Positions 46,380-55,666 of a stretch of 64,000 nucleotides of DNA are shown here, piece after piece. This stretch comes from Candidatus Acetothermia bacterium (GTDB taxonomy: Bacteria; Bipolaricaulota; Bipolaricaulia; RBG-16-55-9; JANLFV01), in the NCBI GenBank assembly GCA_024653345.1, contig JANLFV010000005.1, positions 790 to 64,789 on the forward strand, given 5' to 3'. A program made the position numbers and the translations under genes. Position 1 is the first letter of the stretch, and each line of letters opens with the position of its first letter. A model generated the notes under the pieces. The model was not told the DNA's origin and did no database searches. It saw nothing but the letters and a program-made list of their open reading frames with translations.

Positions 46380-46880
46380 TCACCTCCTCGCCCTCGTTCT
46401 CCCCCTGGCCCTTGCTGCTCGCCTCTTCGGCCGCTCCGCCGCCTCCGCTGCTGCCCCTGCTCCCGCCTCCTGCAGGAGGGTCCCGAACTCGTTGTGGTGC
46501 TCCTCCTCGTCCTCGAGGATCCCGCGGAACATGTGGGCGGTCGTCACATCCCCTTCCTTCTCCGCTAGGGCGATGATCTCCTTATACATCGCGATCGCCT
46601 CCTCCTCGGCCTTCAGGTCGAGCTGGAGCATCTCCTTCCACTCCTCCCCGACGGTGATCGGGGCCGGCTTGGTCGTGGGGACCCCGCCCAGATAGTCCAC
46701 CCGCTCGGCGATCGCCTCGGCGTGCTTCATCTCGGTGATGGCGGTGGCCCGGAAGACCCCCCCGATCGCGGCCGCATGGGGCCCGGCGATCCGGACATGC
46801 TGCCACATATACTGGATCGAGACCTGGAGCTCCCGCGCGATCGCCTCGTTCAGCATCTCCAGCAGCTTCTTCGATGCCAT
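46380..46880 (-). CDS. Bacterioferritin-like protein with an Arg-rich C-terminal tail
   Basis: [22 protein letters not shown] and DEEEHH di-iron motifs. Confidence 0.85.
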   Translation of the reverse strand: MASKKLLEMLNEAIARELQVSIQYMWQHVRIAGPHAAAIGGVFRATAITEMKHAEAIAERVDYLGGVPTTKPAPITVGEEWKEMLQLDLKAEEEAIAMYKEIIALAEKEGDVTTAHMFRGILEDEEEHHNEFGTLLQEAGAGAAAEAAERPKRRAARARGRTRARR

Positions 46881-46948
46881 CCTGACCTCCTTGATATGTT
46901 GGACTCTGCTCAGCCCAGTCTAGTCAAGACCTGCCCCGGCCGTCAAAA

Positions 46949-47452
46949 TCAGAAGACCTTGAACTTCTCCCGCGCGGCCCCGCAGACGGGGCAGCGGTCG
47001 GGGGCCTCCCCCTCGACGGTATAGCCGCAGACGGGGCAGATGTAGACCTTCCCGAGCCGGAGGTCCTTCCCGCCCGCCAGGGCCTGCTTGGCCTTTTGAT
47101 ACATCCCGGCGTGGATCTTCTCCGCCTCGAGGGCGTAATGGGTCGAGCGGACCGCCCCTTGCTCGTTCTGGAGCTCAGCCACCTTGTTGTAGGCGGGATA
47201 CATCTCCTCGACCTCGAAGGTCTCGCCGTCGATCGCCGTCTGGAGGTTCCCCGTCGTCTCCTTGATCCCGCCGAGTTCACGATAGTGGTTGGTGGCGTGG
47301 ACCTGCTCGGCATAGGCGATGGCCCGGAAGAGCCGGGCCACATTGGGATAGCCCTCCTCTTCCGCTCGCTCGGCGAAGATCAGGTAGCGCATGTGGGCCA
47401 TGCTCTCCCCAGCGAAGGCGCTGTTCAGGTTCTGCTCGGTGATCTTGTGCAT
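46949..47452 (-). CDS. rbr: Rubrerythrin
   Basis: AFAGES, AEQVHA, GETFE, AEKIH and CPVCG...CPVCG. Confidence 0.95.
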   Translation of the reverse strand: MHKITEQNLNSAFAGESMAHMRYLIFAERAEEEGYPNVARLFRAIAYAEQVHATNHYRELGGIKETTGNLQTAIDGETFEVEEMYPAYNKVAELQNEQGAVRSTHYALEAEKIHAGMYQKAKQALAGGKDLRLGKVYICPVCGYTVEGEAPDRCPVCGAAREKFKVF

Positions 47453-47464
47453 CTTTACCTCCTT

Positions 47465-48658
47465 TCATTCAGATCCTTTCAGCACCCGCTCGGCCACGGC
47501 CCGGCCGAGGGCCGCGCCCTGCTCTAATTCCGCCTCGGTCGGGCGGCCGTTGAATTCGACGACCGGCCCGACCAACTCCCACTTCAGCTCTTCGATAATG
47601 CTTCTCATCGCCTTCACGGCCCCGCCGGACCAGCCGAAGGAGCCGAAGAGGCCGACGAGCCTGTGCTGGAGCCGCTTCCGCTGGGCCAGGCGCAGGAATT
47701 GCTCGATCGGGACGAAGACCCCGCCGTCGTAGGTCGGGGCCCCCAGAATCAGCGCCTTGTAGCGCCAGGTCTCGGCCAGGAGGAAGCTGGGGTGAGTCCG
47801 GGAGGCATCCATCACCCGCAGCGGCGCGCCTTTGGCGATCACCCCGCGGGCGACGCGCTCGGCCAAGAGCTCAGTGTCGCCATACATCGAGCCGTAAATA
47901 AGGACGACGCCGGGCTCGCCCTCCATCCGGCTCCAGCGGTCGTAGAGCCCGACGATCCTGCTCGGATCTTTCCGCCAGACCGGGCCGTGCGAGGGGGCGA
48001 TGGTCCGGATCTCGAGGCCCTTGAGCCTCTGGATCGCCCTTTGGGTGGGATTGGTATACATCCCGACGATGTTAGAAAAATAGCGGAGGCTCTCGGGCTC
48101 ATATCGGGCGAGGTCCAGCTCATAGTCGAAGAGCCCCCCGTCCAGGGCCCCGAAGCCGCCGAAGGCGTCCCCGGAGAAGAGAATCTTCTCCTCCGGCAGG
48201 TAGGTCATCATCGTCTCCGGCCAGTGGACGAACGGGGTCTCATAAAAGATGAGGCTATGCCTCCCCAGGCTGAGCTTCTGGCCGTCCCAAACGGGCTCGA
48301 ACCCCTCCTCAATTCCGTAGAGGGCTTTCAATAGGCCCCTGGCCTTCTCGGTCCCTAGGATCTTGAGATTCGGCGCGAGCCTCCGGATGAGCGGGAGCGC
48401 CCCGGAGTGGTCCGGCTCCATGTGGTTGACGACCAAGTAGTCGAGCTTCCCGGGATCGAGGACCTCCTCGATGTTCCGGACGAGCTCGAGGGCGAAAGGC
48501 CCCTTGACGGTGTCGATCAGGGCCACCTTCTCATCCACGATCAGGTAGGAGTTGTAGCTCACCCCTTGGGGGAGGGGCCAGACCGACTCAAAGAGGTCGG
48601 TCTCGCGGTCGTTCACCCCCACCCAGAAGATTCCCTTCGCGAGCTCGATCGCGCTCAT
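47465..48658 (-). CDS. fprA: Flavodiiron protein (FprA family)
   Basis: SYNSYLI, NHMEPDHSG, VHWPE, SGDAFG, PSHG and a flavodoxin domain YGSMYG. Confidence 0.95.
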   Translation of the reverse strand: MSAIELAKGIFWVGVNDRETDLFESVWPLPQGVSYNSYLIVDEKVALIDTVKGPFALELVRNIEEVLDPGKLDYLVVNHMEPDHSGALPLIRRLAPNLKILGTEKARGLLKALYGIEEGFEPVWDGQKLSLGRHSLIFYETPFVHWPETMMTYLPEEKILFSGDAFGGFGALDGGLFDYELDLARYEPESLRYFSNIVGMYTNPTQRAIQRLKGLEIRTIAPSHGPVWRKDPSRIVGLYDRWSRMEGEPGVVLIYGSMYGDTELLAERVARGVIAKGAPLRVMDASRTHPSFLLAETWRYKALILGAPTYDGGVFVPIEQFLRLAQRKRLQHRLVGLFGSFGWSGGAVKAMRSIIEELKWELVGPVVEFNGRPTEAELEQGAALGRAVAERVLKGSE

Positions 48659-49083
48659 TGCCGATCCTCCTCCTTCAGGCAGTCGGCGCAGAGGCCGTAG
48701 AGCGAGAGCTGGGCCTCCTCGACTCGGTGGCCCTCGAACTCCTTCCCCGCGAGGTCCTTAAGCCCCGGCGGGGCCGCGAGGTCGAAGAGCCGGCTGCAGC
48801 GGCGGCAGCGGAAGTGGCAGTGCGGCTCGGTCTTGAGGTCATAGCGTGCGGCCTGGGGCTCGATCCGCAGCTCGGCCACCTCCCCCAGCGCTTTCAGGAC
48901 CTCCAGGGTGTTGTAGACCGTAGCCCGGGAGAGCATCGGGTAGCGCCGGGCGAGCTTCGCATAGAGCTCCTCCGCGGTCGGATGGCCCCCCTCCTCCAAG
49001 AGCTCGATGACCGCCAGCCGCTGGGGGGTGAGCTTGAACCCCGCCTCCCGCAGCCGCGCGATCAGCCGGTCTCGCTCCTCCAT
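48655..49083 (-). CDS. Fur-family regulator, probably PerR-like
   Basis: KLTPQR, HPTAEE, SRATVYNTL, HCHFRCRRC and YGLCADC. Oxidative-stress gene context. Confidence 0.9.
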   Translation of the reverse strand: MEERDRLIARLREAGFKLTPQRLAVIELLEEGGHPTAEELYAKLARRYPMLSRATVYNTLEVLKALGEVAELRIEPQAARYDLKTEPHCHFRCRRCSRLFDLAAPPGLKDLAGKEFEGHRVEEAQLSLYGLCADCLKEEDRQ

Positions 49084-49118
49084 AGGCTCGAGTATATCCC
49101 GGATCGGGCTCGGCATCT

Positions 49119-49670
49119 CTAGCACATGAACTTCGAGACGAACGGGGAGGTCTCGCCGCGCCGCATGAAGTGGCCTGATGGCCCCTCGCCGAGGAATTCG
49201 GAGAACCACGACTCGTGCTCGATCTCTTCATTGAGGATCGCCAGGGCTAGGTCATAGGTGCGATGATCCTTCCCGGCAGTCAGGTTGCAGACTTGGGTGT
49301 AGCCGCGCACGGCGCAGCGCTCCGCCTCCACCAGGACGGTGGGTATCGCCTTGATGTCCCTCGGGTCCTGGGGGAGCGTCGCCGGCGGGCAGGCGGAGAT
49401 GTCGTGGAACTCCTTCATGTCTTGCGGTAGCCTCCCGCCCAGCTCGTAGATCCGGGGGACCAGGGCCTCGAAGTGGTTCCGGTCCTCGATCCGTGCCGTC
49501 TCGGCGATCTCTTTGATCCCTTCTCCCTCCAACCCGATCAGATTGGCCCGCAGGATCGTGTAGTAGTAATAAGTAGTGAGCTCAGCCGCCGCGTTCTTCA
49601 CCAGCAACTCCAGGAGCTTATCCACATCCACTCCCGCTTTCTCGACCACCTCTCTTGCTACCTTCGCCAC
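49119..49670 (-). CDS. DPS-like ferritin-superfamily protein (DpsL)
   Basis: AAELTTYYYYTILR, EDRNHFEAL, ISACPPA, EAERCAV and EEIEHESWF. GTG start after GAGGAGG. Confidence 0.9.
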   Translation of the reverse strand: MAKVAREVVEKAGVDVDKLLELLVKNAAAELTTYYYYTILRANLIGLEGEGIKEIAETARIEDRNHFEALVPRIYELGGRLPQDMKEFHDISACPPATLPQDPRDIKAIPTVLVEAERCAVRGYTQVCNLTAGKDHRTYDLALAILNEEIEHESWFSEFLGEGPSGHFMRRGETSPFVSKFMC

Positions 49671-49730
49671 TCTCGACCTCCTCGTCCTCTTCCCAGGCCG
49701 GCGAGCGCCGGTCCGGGCTAATCTGGCAGC

Positions 49731-49759
49731 ATTATAGAGTAGTAACAAATCTCTGTCAA
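49731..49759 (-). promoter_or_regulatory. Perfect-consensus sigma70 promoter heading the oxidative-stress operon
   Basis: TTGACA-17 nt-TATAAT. The AT-rich spacer could overlap a Fur/PerR operator (inference). Confidence 0.85.
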
Positions 49760-49793
49760 GCTGCCTTCTAAATGAGGGAAAGCCCGCTCGATC

Positions 49794-50522
49794 TCATTGG
49801 CCGCGAGTCAGGGCCTCCAGGGCTTGCCGGAAGCGATCATTCATGGCGCGGACATACTCGTCGCGCGGCAGGAGGTCGCGGCCCACTGCCGCTAGGGTCC
49901 GGTCTGCCATCTTACCGTCCCGGACGAGCTGCCGGCCTGCCTCCCCCGCGGCCTCGTAGATCTCGTCGACGGGCAGGCCGAGCCGCTTCAGCCGCGGCAA
50001 GGCCGCAGCGTAGGGGCGCAAGAGGGCTCCGGCGAACTCGACCCCCAGGTTCCGGCAGATCGCCCTCACATGCGCGATCAGCGGCTCGAAGTTGTCCAGC
50101 TCAGTGAAGCCGCAGACCGAGACGAGGACCACCTTCTGATCCGTTCGCCCGTCACGCCGCGGGTGGCGGCAGTGGCCGTCCCTGATCTCGAAGAAGGGCT
50201 CGACCAAGGGGAGGGAGCGCTCGATCAGCCGCTTCATCGTCGAGGTCATCCCGTCGACGAAGACCGGTGTGGCAAAGACAAGCAGGTCCGCGGCCTCGAG
50301 CTTGGAAAGGAGCCAGGCCATGTCGTCCTGCTGGACGCACCGTCCCGGGGTCTTGAACCAGCAGCCGAAGTCGCCGAGGCAGGGCTCGATCTTCAGCTTG
50401 TGGACATAGATGAGCTCGACCTCCGCTCCGGCCTCCTCCATCCCGTTGAGGAACGGACCGAGGATCAGCGCCGTCCCGCCCTTCTCCATCTTCGGGCTGC
50501 TGTTGAGAGCCAAGACCTTCAC
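49794..50522 (-). CDS. Flavodoxin-family / iron-sulfur flavoprotein (FMN reductase-like)
   Basis: LNSSPK, PCLGDFGCW...GRC..DDM and FATPVF. Confidence 0.85.
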   Translation of the reverse strand: MKVLALNSSPKMEKGGTALILGPFLNGMEEAGAEVELIYVHKLKIEPCLGDFGCWFKTPGRCVQQDDMAWLLSKLEAADLLVFATPVFVDGMTSTMKRLIERSLPLVEPFFEIRDGHCRHPRRDGRTDQKVVLVSVCGFTELDNFEPLIAHVRAICRNLGVEFAGALLRPYAAALPRLKRLGLPVDEIYEAAGEAGRQLVRDGKMADRTLAAVGRDLLPRDEYVRAMNDRFRQALEALTRGQ

Positions 50523-50798
50523 CTGGTGCTCCTCCTCTCACGCGGCTATCTCGAGCTAATCGCTCGGGGCACAGACCAGTATCGTCGCTCACTTGAGGAA
50601 GGTCAACTTTCCCACGCGAGCGGGGCGAGGGCGCGGCAAACGAAACGCGTCTCACGGTATTGCCGATCACCGACTCTTCCCAAGGCGAGTGCTATACTCC
50701 GTTCACTAGGTCAGGCATGAATGGTGAAGTCTCTTCCTAAACGGAGAATGCGCGCTCTCCGCTCGCGCTTCCGGGCGGAGAGGCGGGAGGTGGTCTAG

Positions 50799-51191
50799 AT
50801 GCTGAAGCCGCTCGTTCTCATTCTGATCGCTGGGGTCATCTTTTTTCTGACCTTTCAGGCGACCGGGCTCGCCGCGGAAGAAGAGGCCGGGCAGGTCGAT
50901 CCGCTCATCCCCGGCCTGGCGTCATTCATCGTCCCGGGGACGGGCCAACTGCTGATCGGCGACTCGGATAAGGCCCTGGTCCACGCGATCATCGACCTCG
51001 GGGTCCTCGCGGCCGGCTGCTCCGCGGCACTCCTCTTCCCTGTCCCGCTGGTGGTCTGGGAGGTCACGGTCGTCGCCAGGCTCAGCCTGTCGACCTACAG
51101 CGCGTTGGATGCCTATTCCAGCACGAGAGAGCTGAACCGCTACCACGCGGCCCTAAGCCAGCTGATCAGCTATATGGTCCAAGAGGGCTGA
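50799..51191 (+). CDS. Hypothetical membrane protein
   Basis: Signal peptide, ASFIVPGTGQ motif, hydrophobic helices, GGGAGG RBS. Confidence 0.6.
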   Translation: MLKPLVLILIAGVIFFLTFQATGLAAEEEAGQVDPLIPGLASFIVPGTGQLLIGDSDKALVHAIIDLGVLAAGCSAALLFPVPLVVWEVTVVARLSLSTYSALDAYSSTRELNRYHAALSQLISYMVQEG

Positions 51192-51247
51192 CTCTCATCC
51201 CGAGCGCGCTCGCTCTTCGAGCGAGGCCCGTGAGAGAGCAGCTTACG

Positions 51248-51940
51248 CTAAGGCTTTCCCCCCACGGGGAGGCGGAGCCGCTCCAGGATCTCCTCCGGCC
51301 GCCACTGCCTGGTCCCGTCGAGCACCAGGGCCGCGGGATGGCCCAAGAGCCACCGATCGTGGAGCTCCTCGATCTGGCGGAGGTAGTCCAGCGTGATCCG
51401 GCTCTCCTCCTTCCGGCCCCTTGCCCTGATCCGCTCGAGGCAGACCTCGACCGGCGTGCGCAGGTAGATGATGTGGTCCGGCTGGACACAGTATTGGCTC
51501 ACGAGGAAGTCCCACAGGCCGCAATAGAGCTCCCACTCCACCTCGCTGATCGCCCCTAAGCGATGGAGGTTGGCGGCGAAGACATGCCTATCGGTGAAGA
51601 CCGACCGCTCGAGGACGACCCGAGGGTGAGCGGTCCGGCTCAGGATCTCCTGCCAGGTCTTGACCCTGGTGACGAAGGCCATGATCTGGAAGGTGAAGGC
51701 CCACCTCTCCATCTCCGCATACATCCGCTCGAGGAGGTTAGCGGCGAACCCCTCGCGCCAGAGGGAGATCGGCTCCTCGAGGAAGTCGAAGAGCCCGGAG
51801 GCCTTCATCCTCTGCCCGACGGTGCTCTTCCCCGCCCCGATGTTCCCCTCGAGGGAGAGGATGAGCCTACCCTCCCTGGCAGGTCGGGCGGCAGGTTGCA
51901 GCTCGTTCTTCAGCATAGCACTGGCGGCAACGCGGTGCAT
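51248..51940 (-). CDS. Deoxynucleoside kinase (dNK family); start uncertain
   Basis: LEGNIGAGKST, FLEEP, FTFQ, ERSVFTDR and RGRKEE. Confidence 0.9.
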   Translation of the reverse strand: MHRVAASAMLKNELQPAARPAREGRLILSLEGNIGAGKSTVGQRMKASGLFDFLEEPISLWREGFAANLLERMYAEMERWAFTFQIMAFVTRVKTWQEILSRTAHPRVVLERSVFTDRHVFAANLHRLGAISEVEWELYCGLWDFLVSQYCVQPDHIIYLRTPVEVCLERIRARGRKEESRITLDYLRQIEELHDRWLLGHPAALVLDGTRQWRPEEILERLRLPVGGKP

Positions 51941-52487
51941 AGCTCTCAGCTCCTCCGACTTTGATCACGGGTCCGTCGAGCGGGGCCGGCCTCCCGCCGA
52001 TCAGCCGCTGGGTCCTTGTGGCGAACCCGCCGCACCTGGTGCAGATGGCCGCCCGCTTCTCCACCTTATCCGCGAGGGCCAAGAGCGTCGGCATCGGCCC
52101 GAACGGCTCCCCGGCATAGGTGAGGTCCAGCCCGGCCACGATCACCCGCTTCCCCAAAGCGACCAGCTCCTCGCAGAGGGCTGGGAACCGCTCCGAGAAG
52201 AAGTTCCCCTCGTCGAAGGCCACGACATCGGCCTCGCGCAGGCTCGCCGGACCGACGATCTCCTCGAGCTTCGCGAGCGACTCCTCCCCCGGCTGGAGGA
52301 GGTAGGCCCGGACCTCCCGGCCGTCGTGGGTCACGACTGCGTCCTTGGCATACCTCGTATCGATCACGGGCTTGAAGAGGAGGGCCTTCCTCCCCGCGAG
52401 CCGGACCTGCTCGAGCCGCCAGAGCAGCTCCTCCGTCTTGCGGGAGAACATCGGGCCGGTAATGACCTCGAGGCTCCCTGCCTGCAC
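51867..52487 (-). CDS. tdk: Thymidine kinase (P-loop reads GPMFSRKT)
   Basis: FKPVIDTRY, FDEGNFF, VIVAGLD, C..C zinc motifs. Confidence 0.92.
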   Translation of the reverse strand: MQAGSLEVITGPMFSRKTEELLWRLEQVRLAGRKALLFKPVIDTRYAKDAVVTHDGREVRAYLLQPGEESLAKLEEIVGPASLREADVVAFDEGNFFSERFPALCEELVALGKRVIVAGLDLTYAGEPFGPMPTLLALADKVEKRAAICTRCGGFATRTQRLIGGRPAPLDGPVIKVGGAESYAPRCRQCYAEERAATCRPTCQGG

Positions 52488-52560
52488 TCCCTCTCACCCC
52501 CATTGTCGGGAATCTAAGGTGCGGCAAGTAGCGAATTATATCCCAGCCCGCGGCGAGGGT

Positions 52561-53934
52561 TCAAATCTCTGGGTCTAGCTCCTCGAACCGGGCGAGGAAG
52601 TGGCGGAGGCTCGGCGGCTCGCTGACGAACCGGAGCGGCCTGATCCCCTCCCGGCCGCGGTAGACGGAGATGACCGTCTCGGCCACATAGTCCAGGTGGG
52701 CTCTGGTGTAGACGCGGCGGGGGATTGCCAGGCGGACCAGCTCGAGGCGGGGGAAGCGCCACACTCCTGTCTGGGGATCGCGCTCGCCGAAGGCGAGGGT
52801 CCCCAGCTCGACCGCGCGGACCCCGCCCTCGCGGTATAAGGCCACTGAGACCGCCTGGCCGGGAAGATGCTCTCGCGGCCAAGTGGGGAGGAACCTGAGC
52901 GCGTCGAGGTAGACCGCATGCCCGCCGGGCGGCTCGAAGAGCGGGACGCCCGCCTCCCTCAGGCGGGCGGCAAGATACCGAACCTGGCCGATCCGATACC
53001 GCAGGTAAGGTTCCTCGATCGCTTCCTGCAGGCCCTGTGCCAGGGCCTCCATGTCCCGGCCCGCCAGCCCGCCGTAGGTCGGAAACCCCTCGGTCCGGAC
53101 CATGTTCTGGCAGATCCGGTCGAAGAGCTCCCGATCGCGCACGCACAGCAGCCCGCCGATATTTACCAAGCCATCCTTCTTCGCGCTCATCATCATCCCG
53201 TCGGCCAGGGAGAAGGTCGCCCGGACGATCTCGCGGATGGTCAGCGCGGGCTCCTCCCGCTCGTGGATGAAGTAGGCGTTCTCGGCGTGGCGGGCCGCAT
53301 CGAGGTAGAGCGGGACCTCGTAGCGATCGCACAGAGCCCGTGCCCGGCGCAGGTTCTCCAGCGCCACGGGCTGGCCCCCGCCGGTGTTGTTGGTGATCGT
53401 GATCAGGACTAGCTTCGGCCGCGGGCGGCCCTTCAACGCCCCCTCCAGCCGGCCCAGGTCGATGTTCCCCTTAAAGGGATGCGTGCTCACGGGATCATAG
53501 GCTTCCTCGACCACTAACTCCAGGGCCTGAGCCCCGCGGGCGAGGATGTTGGCATTCGTCGTATCGAACGGCTGATTCGTGGCCACCAGGTCGCCCAGCT
53601 GGAGCAAGACCTCGAAGACGACACGCTCCGCCGCCCGCCCCTGATGGACGGGGGTGAAGTAGGGGAAGCCGAAGAGGTCTGACTGGACCTCGCCCAGCCG
53701 CTCGTAGCTCCTGGTGCGGGCGTAGGCCTCGTCGCCACGGTGGAGCGCGGCCCACTGCTCGTCGCTCATCGCCCCGGTCCCGCTATCGGTCAACAGGTCG
53801 ATCGTCACGACCCGGGAGGGAAGATTGAACAAGTTATAGCCGGCCTCGGCCAGGTGCCGCTCCCGCTCGGTGCGGGCGGTGAGGGGGAGCGCTTCCACAG
53901 CCTTGATCTTGAATGGCTCGATAGGATACTCCAC
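52561..53934 (-). CDS. tnaA: Tryptophanase / tyrosine phenol-lyase family
   Basis: EPFKIKAVE, IDLLTDSGT, HQGRAAE, MSAKKDG, EGFPTYGG and RLAIPRRVYT. Confidence 0.9.
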   Translation of the reverse strand: MEYPIEPFKIKAVEALPLTARTERERHLAEAGYNLFNLPSRVVTIDLLTDSGTGAMSDEQWAALHRGDEAYARTRSYERLGEVQSDLFGFPYFTPVHQGRAAERVVFEVLLQLGDLVATNQPFDTTNANILARGAQALELVVEEAYDPVSTHPFKGNIDLGRLEGALKGRPRPKLVLITITNNTGGGQPVALENLRRARALCDRYEVPLYLDAARHAENAYFIHEREEPALTIREIVRATFSLADGMMMSAKKDGLVNIGGLLCVRDRELFDRICQNMVRTEGFPTYGGLAGRDMEALAQGLQEAIEEPYLRYRIGQVRYLAARLREAGVPLFEPPGGHAVYLDALRFLPTWPREHLPGQAVSVALYREGGVRAVELGTLAFGERDPQTGVWRFPRLELVRLAIPRRVYTRAHLDYVAETVISVYRGREGIRPLRFVSEPPSLRHFLARFEELDPEI

Positions 53935-53946
53935 GGACTTACCTCC

Positions 53947-54966
53947 TCAGCTAGGGACTTCCCGCTGCTTGAAGGCGAATCTCCCCCAGGCCAGGACCGC
54001 CTCCAGGGGCTTCCGCTCACGCGGGCCGAGCTCGATCTCGAGGTGCTTCTCGCTCAAGGTGCCGGGGTCGCCGGGCTTCCCGACGACCACCAGGGTCATC
54101 AGGACATAGTCCGGCGGGATCCCCAGGGCCTCCTTGACCTTCAGGGGGTCGTAGCCCGCGATCGGGTGGGCCACCAGCCCCATCTGTGTGGCCTGGACCA
54201 TCAAATTTCCGACGGCCAGCCCGCAGCCGAAGAGGAAGTAGTCGCGCCCATCGCTCAGCTTGCAGTCCAGGTCGCGATGGGAGGCCACGGCTATAATTAC
54301 TGGAGCCGGCTTGGTCCAGTAGTTCCCGCCCGGGAGGGCCGCCTTCACCTTCTCTAACCCTTCACCGGTGGCGACGACGAACCGCCAGGGCTGGTTGTTG
54401 AAGCAGGAGGGTGCGAGGTGGGCCGCCTCGATGAGCCTGGTGATCAGCTCTTCTGGAATCGGCTCGCTCGAGATCGCGCGCCAGGCCCGCCTCGTGGCGA
54501 TGAGGGGGTTGATCTCCCGGTCGGCGGAATGGAGCGCCTTCAAGACCTGCAAGACCTCCTCAGCATGGCCCGCGACCTTGACCCCTAGCCACTGCCACCT
54601 CAAGGCCCCGGCCCGATCGAAGAGAAAAGTCGAGCGCAAGAGCTTGCCCTGGCCGTCCACGGCCCCAAGCTCCCGGGCCAACCGGAGCTCGGGGTCGGAG
54701 AGCATCCTCACCTTGAGCCCCTTGGCCTCGACGAACTTGGCCTGGGCTTCGGGCCGATCGGGCGAGACGCCGAGGACGGCCGCCTCCAGCGCCTCGAACT
54801 CCCCGAGCCGGGCTGAGAACTCCTGGGCCTCGCGGGCGCACCCTGGCGAGCCGGCCTTGGGGTAGAAATACAGGACGAGATACCGCCTGAGGTAGTCCTT
54901 GAGCCGGGCCCTCCCGCCATCGTGGGCCGGGAGCTCGAACTCCTCGAGCTTGCGAAATAATCTCAT
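53947..54966 (-). CDS. Bcp peroxiredoxin-nitroreductase fusion
   Basis: N-terminal YFYPKAGSPGCARE and GVSPD. C-terminal RRAWR, LAPSCFNNQPWRF and HPIAGY. Confidence 0.9.
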   Translation of the reverse strand: MRLFRKLEEFELPAHDGGRARLKDYLRRYLVLYFYPKAGSPGCAREAQEFSARLGEFEALEAAVLGVSPDRPEAQAKFVEAKGLKVRMLSDPELRLARELGAVDGQGKLLRSTFLFDRAGALRWQWLGVKVAGHAEEVLQVLKALHSADREINPLIATRRAWRAISSEPIPEELITRLIEAAHLAPSCFNNQPWRFVVATGEGLEKVKAALPGGNYWTKPAPVIIAVASHRDLDCKLSDGRDYFLFGCGLAVGNLMVQATQMGLVAHPIAGYDPLKVKEALGIPPDYVLMTLVVVGKPGDPGTLSEKHLEIELGPRERKPLEAVLAWGRFAFKQREVPS

Positions 54967-55040
54967 CGGGACCTCCTTTAAGTTCTAAGTTCTTAATGGA
55001 ATGGGGCTGAGGGAGCCCTCTCGCCCCTTATGCTGGGGCT

Positions 55041-55631
55041 TCATCCCTCGAACATCGGGCCGGTGACATCCCCTTGGTTGTTGTAGCCCCGCTCCTCCCA
55101 GAAGCCGCGGTAGGCGGGGTTGTCGGAGAGCTCGATCTCGGTGATCCAGCGGGCCCACTTGTAGCCCCACTTCCCCTCGGCCACGAGGATGAAGGGGAAC
55201 CCCAGGGCCGCTGGGAGCGGGAGCCCGTTGATCCTGTCGGCGATGATGATGTCCTTCTCCAGGAGGTAGGCGAGGGGAAGAGATGTGGTATACCCGTCCT
55301 GGGCGTGGAAGATCACGGTGTTCGCCCCCGGCTTCGGCTGGACCAGTGCGAAGATCGCCTTAAGCGGAATGCCTTCCCAGAGGGCCTTAACGGACCAGCC
55401 CTCGACGCAGTCGACGGCCGCGAGCCGCTCCTTCCGCGGCAATTCCTTAAGCTCGTGGTATTTGAAGGAGCGGGGGCGCTGGACCAGCCCGGTGATGGCC
55501 AGCTTGTATCGAGCCAGGTCGATCTCCTGGACCCCCTTGGTCGAGTTCTCCCGGAAGTCACCGATCGAGCCGAGCCGCTCGCCCCGGTATTCGCGGAGCT
55601 CGGCCTGAGCCGGGTGATTCTCGCTCATCAT
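55041..55631 (-). CDS. Molybdopterin-dependent oxidoreductase (sulfite oxidase / MsrP-like)
   Basis: DCVEGWS, DGYTTSLPL, GYKWARWI and GFWEERGY. Confidence 0.88.
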   Translation of the reverse strand: MMSENHPAQAELREYRGERLGSIGDFRENSTKGVQEIDLARYKLAITGLVQRPRSFKYHELKELPRKERLAAVDCVEGWSVKALWEGIPLKAIFALVQPKPGANTVIFHAQDGYTTSLPLAYLLEKDIIIADRINGLPLPAALGFPFILVAEGKWGYKWARWITEIELSDNPAYRGFWEERGYNNQGDVTGPMFEG

Positions 55632-55666
55632 CCTCTCCTCCTACTCGACTCGTATAGACAGCCAAA

